DNA from: an uncultured Pseudobdellovibrionaceae bacterium
GTDB lineage: Bacteria > Bdellovibrionota > Bdellovibrionia > Bdellovibrionales > UBA1609
Direction: 5' to 3'
Assembly (NCBI GenBank): GCA_963803705.1
Contig: CAWDNU010000001.1
Location: forward strand, 352,001 to 416,000
DNA length: 64,000 nucleotides
This document shows, piece by piece, positions 41,764 to 55,143 of this stretch (its first letter is position 1; each line of letters opens with the position of its first letter). The notes under the pieces are model-generated. The model was not told where the DNA came from, ran no database searches, and saw only the letters and a list, made by a program, of their open reading frames with translations. Both the position numbers and the translations under genes were made by a program.

Positions 41764-43231
41764 AAAGGTTTTAATTGTTGATGATGATCAAGGTCTTAGA
41801 TTAGGTTTAAAAAATCACTTAGAGTCTTTAGGGTTTGTCACTTTTGAAGCTTTTGACGGTGTAAAAGCTCTTGAAGTATTTCAAAACGAAGGACCCCAAT
41901 CATTTGATTTCGTACTACTAGATGTGGATATGCCTCGACTAAATGGTCTAGAAACTTTAAAGCGTTTGAAAGTCTTATCTCCGGCTACATCAATCTTAAT
42001 GATGACAGCATATGCAACAATTGATAATGCAGTTGATGCTGTAAAAAATGGAGCATTTTCGTATCTACAGAAACCACTTCATCACTCGGACCTAGAAGTT
42101 GTAATGAAAAAAGCAATGAAAGCTCAAGGTTTCATTGAGTCCCTCAAAAATTCAGCTCCTATTTTTTACGATGAAAAACAGAAAATAATTGGTAATTCTG
42201 AATCCATGCAAACTATTTTTTCTGTAATCGATCGCTTAAGTCGTGTAAACACACCAGTTTTGGTCAGAGGGGAGTCTGGAACCGGTAAAGAGCTGGTTGC
42301 TAAGGCCATCCATTACAATTCACCTAGAAGGGAGCACCCATTTGTTGCTGTGAATTGCTCTGCAATTTCAGAAAACTTATTCGAAAGTGAATTTTTTGGT
42401 CACGAGAAAGGAGCTTTCACTGGAGCAGAGCAAAGAAAAATTGGTAAATTTCAATTTGCAGATCAAGGTACTTTATTTCTAGACGAATTAGGAGACTTGA
42501 GTTTGAGCATGCAGGTAAAACTTTTAAGAGTTCTTCAGGATAAAAGATTTACCCCAGTTGGCTCTAATGTAGAAATCGAAGCGGATGTAAGAATAGTAGC
42601 TGCTACGAATCGAAACCTTGACCAAATGATTATTGATAAGCAGTTCAGAGACGATTTGTACTACAGGCTAAACGTGATGCCAATCGGATTGCCTCCATTA
42701 AAAGATAGAATTAACGATTTAGAAACTTTAATTTCAGTTTTTGTCAGAAAATTTAATTCGGTTCAGAATAAAGAAATTCGTAAAATTAACCCTCAAGCAC
42801 TTAGCTGCCTTAAGTCATACCCCTGGCCGGGAAATATCAGGGAGCTTGAAAATGTGATTGAACATGCATTTATTCTTAGCGACGAGTCAGAAATTATGAT
42901 TCATCACCTACCATCAACTGTGTTGAAACACGCAAATATAAGTTTAAAATCCTTCAGTAGGGTAGACAACTCAAAAGAATTGTCTGACACCGGTATAGGT
43001 ACAGATCATAATTCCAGTGTAAGTTTAATTGATTCTAAAACCATCAATATTGATATCGACAGTATGGATTTTCAAAAACAAAAAGATGAATTTGAAAAAA
43101 GATTTATTATTGAAGCTTTAAAGATGAACAAAGGAAAGATTAATCAAACTGCTTTGAAGTCCAATATTCCTAAAAAAACGCTTCTGAGAAAGATAGAAAA
43201 GTATGGAATTGATACACAGACTTTAAAGTAG
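41753..43231 (+). CDS. Sigma54-dependent response regulator (NtrC family)
   Basis: Receiver domain; GESGTGKE, GAFTGA, FLDE, WPGNIREL; Fis-type HTH. Confidence 0.96.
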   Translation: MTTKKVLIVDDDQGLRLGLKNHLESLGFVTFEAFDGVKALEVFQNEGPQSFDFVLLDVDMPRLNGLETLKRLKVLSPATSILMMTAYATIDNAVDAVKNGAFSYLQKPLHHSDLEVVMKKAMKAQGFIESLKNSAPIFYDEKQKIIGNSESMQTIFSVIDRLSRVNTPVLVRGESGTGKELVAKAIHYNSPRREHPFVAVNCSAISENLFESEFFGHEKGAFTGAEQRKIGKFQFADQGTLFLDELGDLSLSMQVKLLRVLQDKRFTPVGSNVEIEADVRIVAATNRNLDQMIIDKQFRDDLYYRLNVMPIGLPPLKDRINDLETLISVFVRKFNSVQNKEIRKINPQALSCLKSYPWPGNIRELENVIEHAFILSDESEIMIHHLPSTVLKHANISLKSFSRVDNSKELSDTGIGTDHNSSVSLIDSKTINIDIDSMDFQKQKDEFEKRFIIEALKMNKGKINQTALKSNIPKKTLLRKIEKYGIDTQTLK

Positions 43232-43397
43232 CAAAATTCCTATCCATCAAACATTTTTTGATCTAAGTGCTAGGTTTTCTGTCAAGTGCAAATACTTTGC
43301 GCAATAAAGCCCTAAAAACCAGTCCTGTATTAAAAATATACTGGTCCCACGATTTTTAATTGCTTGTCTGAATTATAGTCAATAAAGTTATTCGAAT

Positions 43398-44117
43398 ATG
43401 ACCAGAATGCCACCTCAAGCTTATACCAAAGAAGTACTTGCATCAGCGTTTGACTGGCTCTCTCGACAAGATGAAGCAGTTAAAAAGTCAATCCGCACTT
43501 CAGATGATTTGGTTGGACTGTTCCTTAAATCAACTCGTTTGAATGAAAATCAAAACCTGCAAAAAACAGCTCATCATGGATATAGTTCAGATTTATCAAG
43601 TGCTAAAAGCTTTAGAAATGAGTTACAAGGTTTAGCTTTAAATTTAAAGCAATTTGAAGAAAAACCAGCTCCCAAGCCTAAGCAAGAACGGAGTTCTGAA
43701 TATTTGCATGAATTAAATTTGATGATGTCAGCACAAAAATCTCAGGCCTCTACTACTAGCAATACAAATTCTACTGAAGATTCTAATCACTCGATATCGC
43801 GGAACAGCGCAAGTTCCGAGCATGGCCATTTGTCGCAGCACGATTTGATACCAGAATCTCAGCCAAGTAGACAGACATCTGCTGACATCCACCCACCTGA
43901 TGAGCTTTCTATGTCTACACCAAATAAAAATTCAAATTTTTCACAGCAAAATATTGATTCAGCTGAAACAGTTCTTTTGAAGCTGGATAAAAAAACTATC
44001 TCTGCGATAAATATCGCTAAAGATAGATTAAACTTAAGCTCAAACACCGAGGCCATTAGGGTTTTAGTTTCCTTGGGCGAAAAGCATCTCAAAAAAGTTT
44101 TTGGCTCGGAAGACTAG
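43398..44117 (+). CDS. Hypothetical protein with disordered linker
   Basis: 239-aa ORF; helical N- and C-terminal domains separated by an S/N/Q-rich segment. Confidence 0.75.
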   Translation: MTRMPPQAYTKEVLASAFDWLSRQDEAVKKSIRTSDDLVGLFLKSTRLNENQNLQKTAHHGYSSDLSSAKSFRNELQGLALNLKQFEEKPAPKPKQERSSEYLHELNLMMSAQKSQASTTSNTNSTEDSNHSISRNSASSEHGHLSQHDLIPESQPSRQTSADIHPPDELSMSTPNKNSNFSQQNIDSAETVLLKLDKKTISAINIAKDRLNLSSNTEAIRVLVSLGEKHLKKVFGSED

Positions 44118-44156
44118 GCTCAAGCAGTCCGAAATAATTCACATGCCTTGGTTCAA

Positions 44157-44241
44157 CCTGCGGCGTCGGCACCAATCAGGCTTACGCACCTTCGCCTGCG
44201 GCGTCGGCACCAATCAGGCTTACGCACCTTCGCCTGCGGCG
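44157..44241. repeat. 38-bp tandem repeat, 2 exact copies plus a partial third
   Basis: CCTGCGGCGTCGGCACCAATCAGGCTTACGCACCTTCG at 44157 and 44195; partial at 44233. Confidence 0.93.
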
Positions 44242-44313
44242 AGCTAATTGCTCTACAGTGCTAGTAGTGATAACTAATAATAACATTATAAAAGAGTTTG
44301 TGGAGTGCTATCA

Positions 44314-47086
<2,773 letters not shown>

Positions 47087-47189
47087 ATAATTTTCTATTG
47101 TTATCTCCATTACGTATAGAAATGCGACTGAACTAGCTTTTCAGTATACTATATGCTGCAAATTACAGAACATTATAGGGAAAAGAGTT

Positions 47190-47688
47190 ATGAATAAAAA
47201 ATTTTTATATTTAATCATCATCACTTGTTTATGGTTGCTATTGATCAAATGACTAAAATGTATATCACTATGAATTTCAGACTTCACGAGTCTCTTCCTA
47301 TTATCAAAGATATTTTTCATATCACCTATGTTAGAAACACAGGGCAGCCTTTGGTATTTTCAGGGATGCAACCTGTACTTTTTAGGAACATGTATTTTTT
47401 CTAAACTTCCACCAGTAGCGATGCTCGTAATTTTCTTTTTATGAAATCAAACCCCGGACAAAGATAAAATTCAAAACATAGCGTTCTCAATGGTATTTGC
47501 AGGAGCTTTAGGAAATTATATTGATCGATGTCGATTTCAATATGTGATCGACTTTTTAGACTTCCATTACAAAAGAGTTTGGACTTATCCAGCGTTTAAT
47601 GTCGCTGATATGTCTATAGTTATTGGAGTATGCTGTCCTCTTTTATTTCATGATTACGGAAGAAATGAATAAGAAAAAGAGTAAATAA
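47190..47688 (+). CDS. lspA: Lipoprotein signal peptidase II, frameshifted in this sequence
   Basis: DQMTK, ITYVRNTG, GALGNYIDR, VIDFLD, YPAFNVAD. Confidence 0.9.
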
Positions 47689-47689
47689 T

Positions 47690-48452
47690 TTGTATCCCTT
47701 CATTTACTTACAAGAATTATAAAATTTCAGTATATTTTCTAGTATTGGCAGCAGTCTACTGTATTGGTATTCAATACTTTTTTTTAAGAGTCAAAAAAAA
47801 ATCATTAAAATCTACTATAGCCGCTGATTTTTTACTGGTACTTATGTTTTTCGGTTTTTTAGGCGCAAGACTATTTTATGTACTTTACCAAGAGCCAAGC
47901 TTTTATTTTACTCATCCCAAAGAGATATTTTCTGTTTGGAACGGAGGGTTTGTCTATTACGGCGGGTTCTTGACGGCAAGCTTGTTTGGTTATCTGTTTC
48001 TTATTTTTAAAAAACAGAATGTTCTTAATTGGTTGGACGCGGCAGCGCCAGTGGCAGCTTTAAGCTACGGTCTTGGTCGTCTGGCTTGTTTCTTTAATGG
48101 TTGTTGTTATGGCGAAACTACAAATTTTTTTCTAGGTGTCAAATTCCCAGGTCTTGAAGGGTTAAGACATCCCACTCAGCTTTACGCTGTAGTTTTCGAG
48201 CTACTGATTTGGATGCTGCTTTTAACTTTAGAAAGCAAGCTTAAATATGTTAAGAATAATAAAGGCACGCTCTTCTTTCTTTGGCTTTCATTACATGCCA
48301 TAGGCCGATTGGTTATGGAGTATTTCCGCGCCGATCCACGTGGACCATTGGTTTACGGATTTACTATCTCCACATTAATAAGTCTTTATATCTTAGCTTG
48401 GTCTGCAACCTGGTTTTTCTTTTTTAAACTAAATTCAAATTTTAAAAGATAA
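47690..48452 (+). CDS. lgt: Prolipoprotein diacylglyceryl transferase (frameshift near the start)
   Basis: GARLFYV, GGFVYYGG, GRLACFFNGCCYG, HPTQLY, EYFRAD; TTG-YP start at 47690 lies in another frame. Confidence 0.92.
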
Positions 48453-48518
48453 ATGACTTAACTACATAAAGTATAGGTATAAAAAATTAGGGGCCTAAGT
48501 TATTGATGCTCAGGATTT

Positions 48519-50480
48519 CTAATAAAAATAACTGAACTGTGTAGACAGATTAAAAGCCGATCGACGATCAGATTTTAAGTAACTGGCGTTAATAGATATG
48601 GCTGAATTCACGTCTTCGAAATAATTTTGCATAGCGAACGTAGTTTGATTGGCGTAGTCTGCACTTCCTTTAAAAGTGGTCATAAATAAATTTTTATTTT
48701 CAAAAATTAAATTACAATCTTTTGACAAGGTGTATTTTAATCCCAGAATTGGGGCTGCTCCGAAACGGATCGAATTTTCAAATCGACCGTTAAACTCCGT
48801 CACGTTAGAAAACAGTGCGTAAATCAGAAGCCTCTGGTTTGGTAAAATAAGCTTAGACAATCCAATGTCAAAATTTAGATATCCGGCCCGTTGATTCCAT
48901 TCTTTAAAGAACTGTTCGGATTTGTAACCTGCATTTAATCGCCAGCTATATTTTTGTTCCAAAGTCGTGATGGGCATAAAAGCGTCGATACCAATCAACC
49001 TAAAGCTATCTAATTCAAATTTTTGACCTGACCCAACCAATTCTCTTTTCTGATCAAAATATAAAAAAGTAAGATCAAAATAATTAAGACTCATAAGTGG
49101 GCTAAACCCTCGACTAGAATCAAGTATGTCATGTAGCCCCTGTTTGTAGGATAAGCTGACGCCATGGTTTGTTGTAACATTATTGCCGCTTCTAGCCTTA
49201 TAACCTAACGAAATTCTGCGAGGCGGGTGAGAATTGTGGGGCGTAATTTCAGGCTCTACATTCAAATTGACACTGCTGTTTTGCTTTTTACTAATTGCAA
49301 CTAGCAGGGGACGCTTATTTTTAAGCAACCTAGATTCATTTTCTATATAGTCCCCAGCGTTTTTATAATCATAGAGCAATAAAGTGGTTTTCAGATCATC
49401 AATTGGATAAGCTTCCAAGTTTTCAGCGGTGACTGTTCCAGAGTTTAGCTGTCTTACAATATTGGAAAATTTTTTTATATCAATTTTTGGTTTAGCTTTT
49501 ATGACGCTGACCAATTGTCGCCTTAACGAAGGCCTATATTTAATTGTCTTTACAAGTCCTTTTGTTTTCAGCAAACTTTTAACAGTTTCGATAGGAACTA
49601 CAAAACGACTTTGGAAAAATTTTTCTAAATATAGGTCAGGCTTTATGGCTTCAATCACCCTGATGGCCCAATATGAACAGTTTTTATTTAAAAAGAAATA
49701 TCTTGAAGATGCATTGCCTAATTCCCAAACATGAAGGTTTAAAAAAAATACATCTTCTGGTTTTAAGTTCAATCGATACTCCCAAAGATCCCTGGACTCA
49801 AAATCGTTATATTCACGAACCTTGTAATAGTAAGGTATAGCTGTGAAATCACCCCTAAAGAGACCAAATAACCCTTTGAAGGCATAAATTAAACCGAAGT
49901 TTTCTGTGCTGGTGGCTGCATAGTTGATACCATAGTTTAAAAGGTCTAATTCCAAACCGTCTTCCTTATTTATTTTTAAAAAGGTGTGGCCGAAGGCAGA
50001 GGAGGGGTTACTGACATAGTAGCTTGAGAATATCAAAGATACTGTTTTACCCCTTGTTCTGGCTAAAAATTCATTTAGCTTTGTGCATCTAGACAGCTTG
50101 TTCAGCTGGTCGAGCTTCAAAGCTTTATTCAGCCAAAAAAATCTAGCAGGAAATTTGCAAATAGGATGTTTGTCAGATATTTTTTCGATGTCAATTTTAT
50201 CAAAAAAAAAATCTATACTTTTACCAAGTTCATTTAGTGGGCTGAACTTACCTCTCCTAGATATAAAAAATTTTGGATCCGAGACTTCACTTTTATAATT
50301 TCCAAGCCAATCTGGTTTGTAGTAAAGAAGTCTTAACCAAGACTTTGAGTAGGCCAGTGTTTGATTTGAAGATCCAAATTCCTGTTGAGTATTTTTTGCG
50401 TTCAATGAACCTGAACTTAGGATCAAAACAGTAGCTAAGATGAATAAAATTTTACAAAGAGTAATCTTAGTAGGTCCCAC
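48519..50480 (-). CDS. DUF4105 (Lnb N-terminal-like) domain protein with probable C-terminal beta-barrel
   Basis: WLRLLYY, CKFPARF, PSSAFGHTFL, EYNDFESRDLWEY, YFFLNKNCSY; amphipathic beta C-terminus ending FSYFY. Confidence 0.85.
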   Translation of the reverse strand: MGPTKITLCKILFILATVLILSSGSLNAKNTQQEFGSSNQTLAYSKSWLRLLYYKPDWLGNYKSEVSDPKFFISRRGKFSPLNELGKSIDFFFDKIDIEKISDKHPICKFPARFFWLNKALKLDQLNKLSRCTKLNEFLARTRGKTVSLIFSSYYVSNPSSAFGHTFLKINKEDGLELDLLNYGINYAATSTENFGLIYAFKGLFGLFRGDFTAIPYYYKVREYNDFESRDLWEYRLNLKPEDVFFLNLHVWELGNASSRYFFLNKNCSYWAIRVIEAIKPDLYLEKFFQSRFVVPIETVKSLLKTKGLVKTIKYRPSLRRQLVSVIKAKPKIDIKKFSNIVRQLNSGTVTAENLEAYPIDDLKTTLLLYDYKNAGDYIENESRLLKNKRPLLVAISKKQNSSVNLNVEPEITPHNSHPPRRISLGYKARSGNNVTTNHGVSLSYKQGLHDILDSSRGFSPLMSLNYFDLTFLYFDQKRELVGSGQKFELDSFRLIGIDAFMPITTLEQKYSWRLNAGYKSEQFFKEWNQRAGYLNFDIGLSKLILPNQRLLIYALFSNVTEFNGRFENSIRFGAAPILGLKYTLSKDCNLIFENKNLFMTTFKGSADYANQTTFAMQNYFEDVNSAISINASYLKSDRRSAFNLSTQFSYFY

Positions 50481-50664
50481 GGCCTAAACATAAACCTTAG
50501 GGCCAGAACGTCAATGAATAGTAATATGGTTTTAAACTAACACTCGTTTAAGGCATGAATCCGAAGGCGTAATTTTTATATACCTTCAGATGAAGAAAGA
50601 ACGGCTGCACATGAAACTTTAAAGCAAGGCATACCCTAGTGATAAAATTAATCTTTAAATGCAC

Positions 50665-51141
50665 TTAGCCTAGGTTTGCGTCACAAACCTTAGAATCAGT
50701 TATTAACTTATCGATATTTTCAACTATTTGGTCTGAGCTTATGATGTCATTTGAAATTACACTTTTGTAATTAGACTTCATCAAGCCAGTAAATTCTGAC
50801 GAATTTGAACAGCTGTAGATGTTAGCTAAAACAGAAACAGACTCTCCTTGTCCTATTGCTAGTTCGTTTACCACTGCATTTTTGTTAGCAGCCACGAACA
50901 CTCTTGCTCTTTCAGTTCTAGAGGCTAACTTATTGGCATCACAGTTAAGTAAGCCAAGCGTGATAGAGAATGTCTGACTGGCAATTCCGTTTGTTGTGGC
51001 AGCCATTACTTGCTCGTACCATTCGTTTTTACCTTCGAACACCACAGAACCTAAACCGCAACCCGCAGCTCCATAACTTGCTGCAAATGTTTTAAGTCCA
51101 AAACCTAAAATTATTGTAACTGCTAATATTTTTTTTAACAT
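50665..51141 (-). CDS. DUF3015 family secreted protein
   Basis: YGAAGCGLGS, AATTNG..SQTFSIT.G..NC, ELAIGQGE. Confidence 0.88.
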   Translation of the reverse strand: MLKKILAVTIILGFGLKTFAASYGAAGCGLGSVVFEGKNEWYEQVMAATTNGIASQTFSITLGLLNCDANKLASRTERARVFVAANKNAVVNELAIGQGESVSVLANIYSCSNSSEFTGLMKSNYKSVISNDIISSDQIVENIDKLITDSKVCDANLG

Positions 51142-51186
51142 GTAAATCCCCTTAGTGTTAAATTATAGATCTACAATATTAGTTCG

Positions 51187-51897
51187 TTAAGGCTTGAAGA
51201 TCAACTGGTACATGCGTTGGTCATAATCTTTAAGGACCCTATATTTTTCGGCTTCAAGCTTTAAACTTGGACCAAGTTCAGAGTGCAGAATCGATGAAAC
51301 AAAAGCATATGAAACCGAATCATACGAAGATATTTTTTCACCCAATAGAAATTTTTTGGATTCTATAAAATGAGCTAGGGATTTTATACTTTCCGCTCCC
51401 AATTCATGTATTTCCTCGTTAGTGTGCCTAGACATCCCATGGCCAGTGGCACTTTTTTTCAAGTTTTTTCTGATCATACTAGTTATAGGCCCTCGAACAA
51501 ATCTTGGTATGTTCGAAAAATACATGGATTTTAGCTTTATCCAGTTCTTATCAACAAACCAGCGTTCATGTAAAACACTCCAATAAAAAAAATCCTCTAA
51601 CATTTTGGTAAATGCAAAACCTTCCGCCATCTGTCTGTCAGTCAGATGCGCATCAATTTCAAGATTGTATTTTTTGGTAAGGTACTTTTGAATAAAATAA
51701 GAATCAGAAACCAGGATATTTTTATCTTTCAGTACTGGTAGTTTACCTTTCGGAAACTGACTTGGATTATCCTTAAATTGAGTTACCCGATGTTCTAAAT
51801 TGTTCATTTTAAGGAAAATCTCTGACTTCGAGCAAAACGGACTATTGTTAATAATAGGATTACCGTCTTCGCGGGGGTACACAATAAGTTCTAGCAT
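51187..51897 (-). CDS. Glutathione S-transferase-like (metaxin/FAX-like) protein
   Basis: SPFCSK, PKGKLP, DSYFIQKYL, HERW, GHGMSRH. Confidence 0.85.
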   Translation of the reverse strand: MLELIVYPREDGNPIINNSPFCSKSEIFLKMNNLEHRVTQFKDNPSQFPKGKLPVLKDKNILVSDSYFIQKYLTKKYNLEIDAHLTDRQMAEGFAFTKMLEDFFYWSVLHERWFVDKNWIKLKSMYFSNIPRFVRGPITSMIRKNLKKSATGHGMSRHTNEEIHELGAESIKSLAHFIESKKFLLGEKISSYDSVSYAFVSSILHSELGPSLKLEAEKYRVLKDYDQRMYQLIFKP

Positions 51898-51949
51898 AGT
51901 TTTTAAGCCTCGATCGATGTTGTGGCTTAGTTATTGCCATATACACTGT

Positions 51950-54157
51950 GTGAAAGCATGGTTAGTAGTTAAACTCATTTTAATTTCAATTCTAGTGACA
52001 TTATTTGTCAACTGCTCTTCAAATAATGACTCTCAAGTTGTCAGGCTACCAGAGCTCGTTAACCCCAATACTGGCTTGCGAGAAATACGCCTTAGAAGGT
52101 ACGATTGTGATTCCACTACAGACCAAGCTAGTCCTTTAAGTTGTGCTAAAAATGAAGAGCTTATATCCCAACCTAGACCTCAAACAACCGCTGCAAGTAA
52201 GCCTAAAGTGGACCCCTCTGGACCATCAAGCGAGACTATATCCAACGAAACACCTAAGAGCGTTAAGTCTGCATCTGAGCTAAGTACGAACATAAGAGTC
52301 AATGAGCTTACACCTTGGCTAAATACTAAAAGCCGTACTGTAGTTAATCCAACGGTTATGCACAATGATCTGAAAGAAAAGTTTTACCTGACAGCTTATC
52401 TAAGGGAGTTTTCAACCGACGATCAGCAATTTAAAGACTATAAATACGAATTTGTTGGAGACCTAAAGACTTATAAAAAAAATTGGTTAGCAACCAAAGA
52501 AAGAAGATACTTAAATCTGAAGATAGCAACTTCTGAATCAAAGCAGATCGTAAATGCAATAGTACACTGCTTTGATATACCTAGGTGTAAAGAAATCACA
52601 GTGATCGTTTCTTTTGCAAATATTGATACAAGTGGTAATAGTTTCATAGATTCCAGAGCCTTTCAAATTGACCAAAGAGAAGCCAGGATTACGCCAGAAA
52701 ATGCTGTACCAAATAAAACAAAAGTTTCGATCCAAGAGCCAGTCTACTTAGAAGATATAGAAACTAGCGAAGAACTTTCAGAAAGTGATAACGACGATTC
52801 AGAAATTGTGTCTCATGAACAGGATATCACTCTAGATGAAGGAGATAGTCCTGAAGACATTAAAACTCGTCGACCCCTACTAAGACCTGATCATATTGAT
52901 CAGCTTTGTGAGGGATTGATGGGCGACTCTAAAAGTCCTTGCCCTAAATATCTAGTCGATCCCACAGTTGAGAAACCAAATCCACTGCTTGCATTATCAA
53001 ACCTCAGACCAAAACCAAGACCAGACCACTTAACTAAAATAGATTCGCCGCTAGTGGTTGCAGACTCCGTAGATATAGTCGATGAAAAGGTTTTCCCGCT
53101 GGAAGAAGTTATTCTAGAGCCTTACACACCTAGAGAATCAGAGCCAGATATCGACCTTCTACCAAAAGTTGATAGCAAAACTTATAAAAAATTAGACTAT
53201 CTAGAGTTTTTACTAAAGAAACAGCTTGAAGCATCTACTGCGAAGTCTTCGCCCAATATAGATGTAGAGCCAGAATTTGAAGAATTCGATATGGTCGAGC
53301 AAGATAAAACTGAAAAAGTCGAAATAGACTACAGCGAACCCATCAATCAAGATTCGCCTGAAGAAACAGGGTTGGCAAAATCCAAACGACCGACTAAAAG
53401 ACCCGAAAACCTAATGGCCAAATTTATCGAAAATCAAAATGTAGCTTTAGTTCCATTCGAAAGTATTGACGGCAAATTCACCTACGATATTTCTTTGTGC
53501 GGAGAACATTTAATCAAAGCTAAAAATTTAAATTACTACCAAGCAAGGGGCGATTATAGCTCCGGCTCAATTGTGAAGGCCTCCCATTACACAGATTCGC
53601 CTTACCAAACCATAGATCATGCTCCAAGACCAAATAGGCAGTACGGCTCTGAAATTTCAAAACAAGTATTGGAATTCGCAGGTTGTGTTCTAGAGCAAAG
53701 GTACGGTCAAACTCTTGAAAACCAGATTGGCAGTATCTCTTTTGAAAGGGGTGGAAGGCTAACCTTCATTAGTAGACCCGGTTCCCATAAATCACATCAG
53801 AATGGCTTGGATATAGATGTCTCATATCCCCACATTAATAAAAAGACGAGAGGCTTCGATAATTTTGCCAACAATCTAGAGGAATCAAGAGTTATAGCTG
53901 CTTTTGATCAAGCCCGTCTAATGATATATACTGATCGCGTTACCATGCTTTTTACAGACAATCGGATTCGTACAAAGTTTTGCAGATACCTAAAAGCAAA
54001 CGATAAGTTATCTGGTCATCGTAATGTAGTTGAAATGTTCATGAGACAGTGGCCGGGTCATTTTAATCATTATCATGTTAGGGTTAAGTGTACTCTTCAA
54101 AATGAAGGCTGCGTTTACGAAGAATATCCGAAAAGCAGCTACTGTGACGGCAAATAA
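51950..54157 (+). CDS. Large lipoprotein with C-terminal MepA-like murein endopeptidase domain
   Basis: GTG 51950 signal ending FVNC; acidic/Pro-rich linker; HKSHQNGLDIDV and HFNHYHVRVKC zinc motifs. Confidence 0.8.
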   Translation: MKAWLVVKLILISILVTLFVNCSSNNDSQVVRLPELVNPNTGLREIRLRRYDCDSTTDQASPLSCAKNEELISQPRPQTTAASKPKVDPSGPSSETISNETPKSVKSASELSTNIRVNELTPWLNTKSRTVVNPTVMHNDLKEKFYLTAYLREFSTDDQQFKDYKYEFVGDLKTYKKNWLATKERRYLNLKIATSESKQIVNAIVHCFDIPRCKEITVIVSFANIDTSGNSFIDSRAFQIDQREARITPENAVPNKTKVSIQEPVYLEDIETSEELSESDNDDSEIVSHEQDITLDEGDSPEDIKTRRPLLRPDHIDQLCEGLMGDSKSPCPKYLVDPTVEKPNPLLALSNLRPKPRPDHLTKIDSPLVVADSVDIVDEKVFPLEEVILEPYTPRESEPDIDLLPKVDSKTYKKLDYLEFLLKKQLEASTAKSSPNIDVEPEFEEFDMVEQDKTEKVEIDYSEPINQDSPEETGLAKSKRPTKRPENLMAKFIENQNVALVPFESIDGKFTYDISLCGEHLIKAKNLNYYQARGDYSSGSIVKASHYTDSPYQTIDHAPRPNRQYGSEISKQVLEFAGCVLEQRYGQTLENQIGSISFERGGRLTFISRPGSHKSHQNGLDIDVSYPHINKKTRGFDNFANNLEESRVIAAFDQARLMIYTDRVTMLFTDNRIRTKFCRYLKANDKLSGHRNVVEMFMRQWPGHFNHYHVRVKCTLQNEGCVYEEYPKSSYCDGK

Positions 54158-54335
54158 CTTTTTCTTTTGGATGTGTTATTTGCGAACGTCCACAAAGCAA
54201 TGCCTTAACACCTTGCTTAGCCATTGCTGGAAAGATCTAAACAAACGAAATATCCCACTAGACAATCAGGCTAATTAATCCAAAAGCTGTATTAAATACA
54301 GATATCTGTGAATCTTTCGAACAGCTCAGCGGTCA

Positions 54336-55037
54336 TCATTTAACGAATTTGTAGATAAAACTGGCGCCACCAAGAATTTTTCTATGCTCAGCAGATTTGA
54401 ACTTTGCTGAAGCTAGCACGTTTGTGACAAGTATTGGTCCAGAAGGAAACTTTGAAGAGGATTTACTTAAATATTGATAAGCAGACCTTTTTCCAGAAAT
54501 CAGACCGCCAAGCGTGGGCATCAAATATTTTGAGTAAAAGCCAATTAATGGACTTAAAATTCCAGCGTCTTCAGAGCCAGTTTCAAGCATCATCAGTCGT
54601 CCACCGGGTTTTAAAACACGGTACATTTCTTGGATAGCTAATTTAAAATTTTCGACGTTTCTGATTCCATATGAAATACTTAGAATATCAAAACTTGAGT
54701 CATCAAAGTTTAAATCACAAGCGTCGCCCCACTTGAACTCAACGTCGATATTCTTAGCTAATGCTTTCTTTCGGGCTTCAACTAACATCGGCTCACAGAA
54801 ATCTACGCCCAAAACAGAAACTTTTTGATTGGTGTACTCCAGAAAATCAAAAACTAAATCGCCCGTGCCCGTGGCGATATCTAACACTAAGTCAGTAGGC
54901 TTGACCTCGCTCCAGCGCACAAGTTTTTTTCGCCAAGATCTAGCCATTCCAAAGGTGATAGCATCGTTGGCAGAATCATAACTTGTTGAAATCTCAGAAA
55001 ATAAGTTTTGTATTTTGTTGGATTCAGGCCCTTTCAT
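54336..55037 (-). CDS. menG: Demethylmenaquinone methyltransferase UbiE/MenG
   Basis: YDSAND, LDIATGTGD, YGIRNV, RVLKPGG, AYQYL. Confidence 0.92.
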   Translation of the reverse strand: MKGPESNKIQNLFSEISTSYDSANDAITFGMARSWRKKLVRWSEVKPTDLVLDIATGTGDLVFDFLEYTNQKVSVLGVDFCEPMLVEARKKALAKNIDVEFKWGDACDLNFDDSSFDILSISYGIRNVENFKLAIQEMYRVLKPGGRLMMLETGSEDAGILSPLIGFYSKYLMPTLGGLISGKRSAYQYLSKSSSKFPSGPILVTNVLASAKFKSAEHRKILGGASFIYKFVK

Positions 55038-55143
55038 GCACGTCCTTTTAGATTTATAGAATTAGGCAGTTAAAAATATTGATTTCTATTTGGTAAGTAT
55101 TGATTTACGGCACTCTTTTTAAAAATTACATTTCACTAATTCA

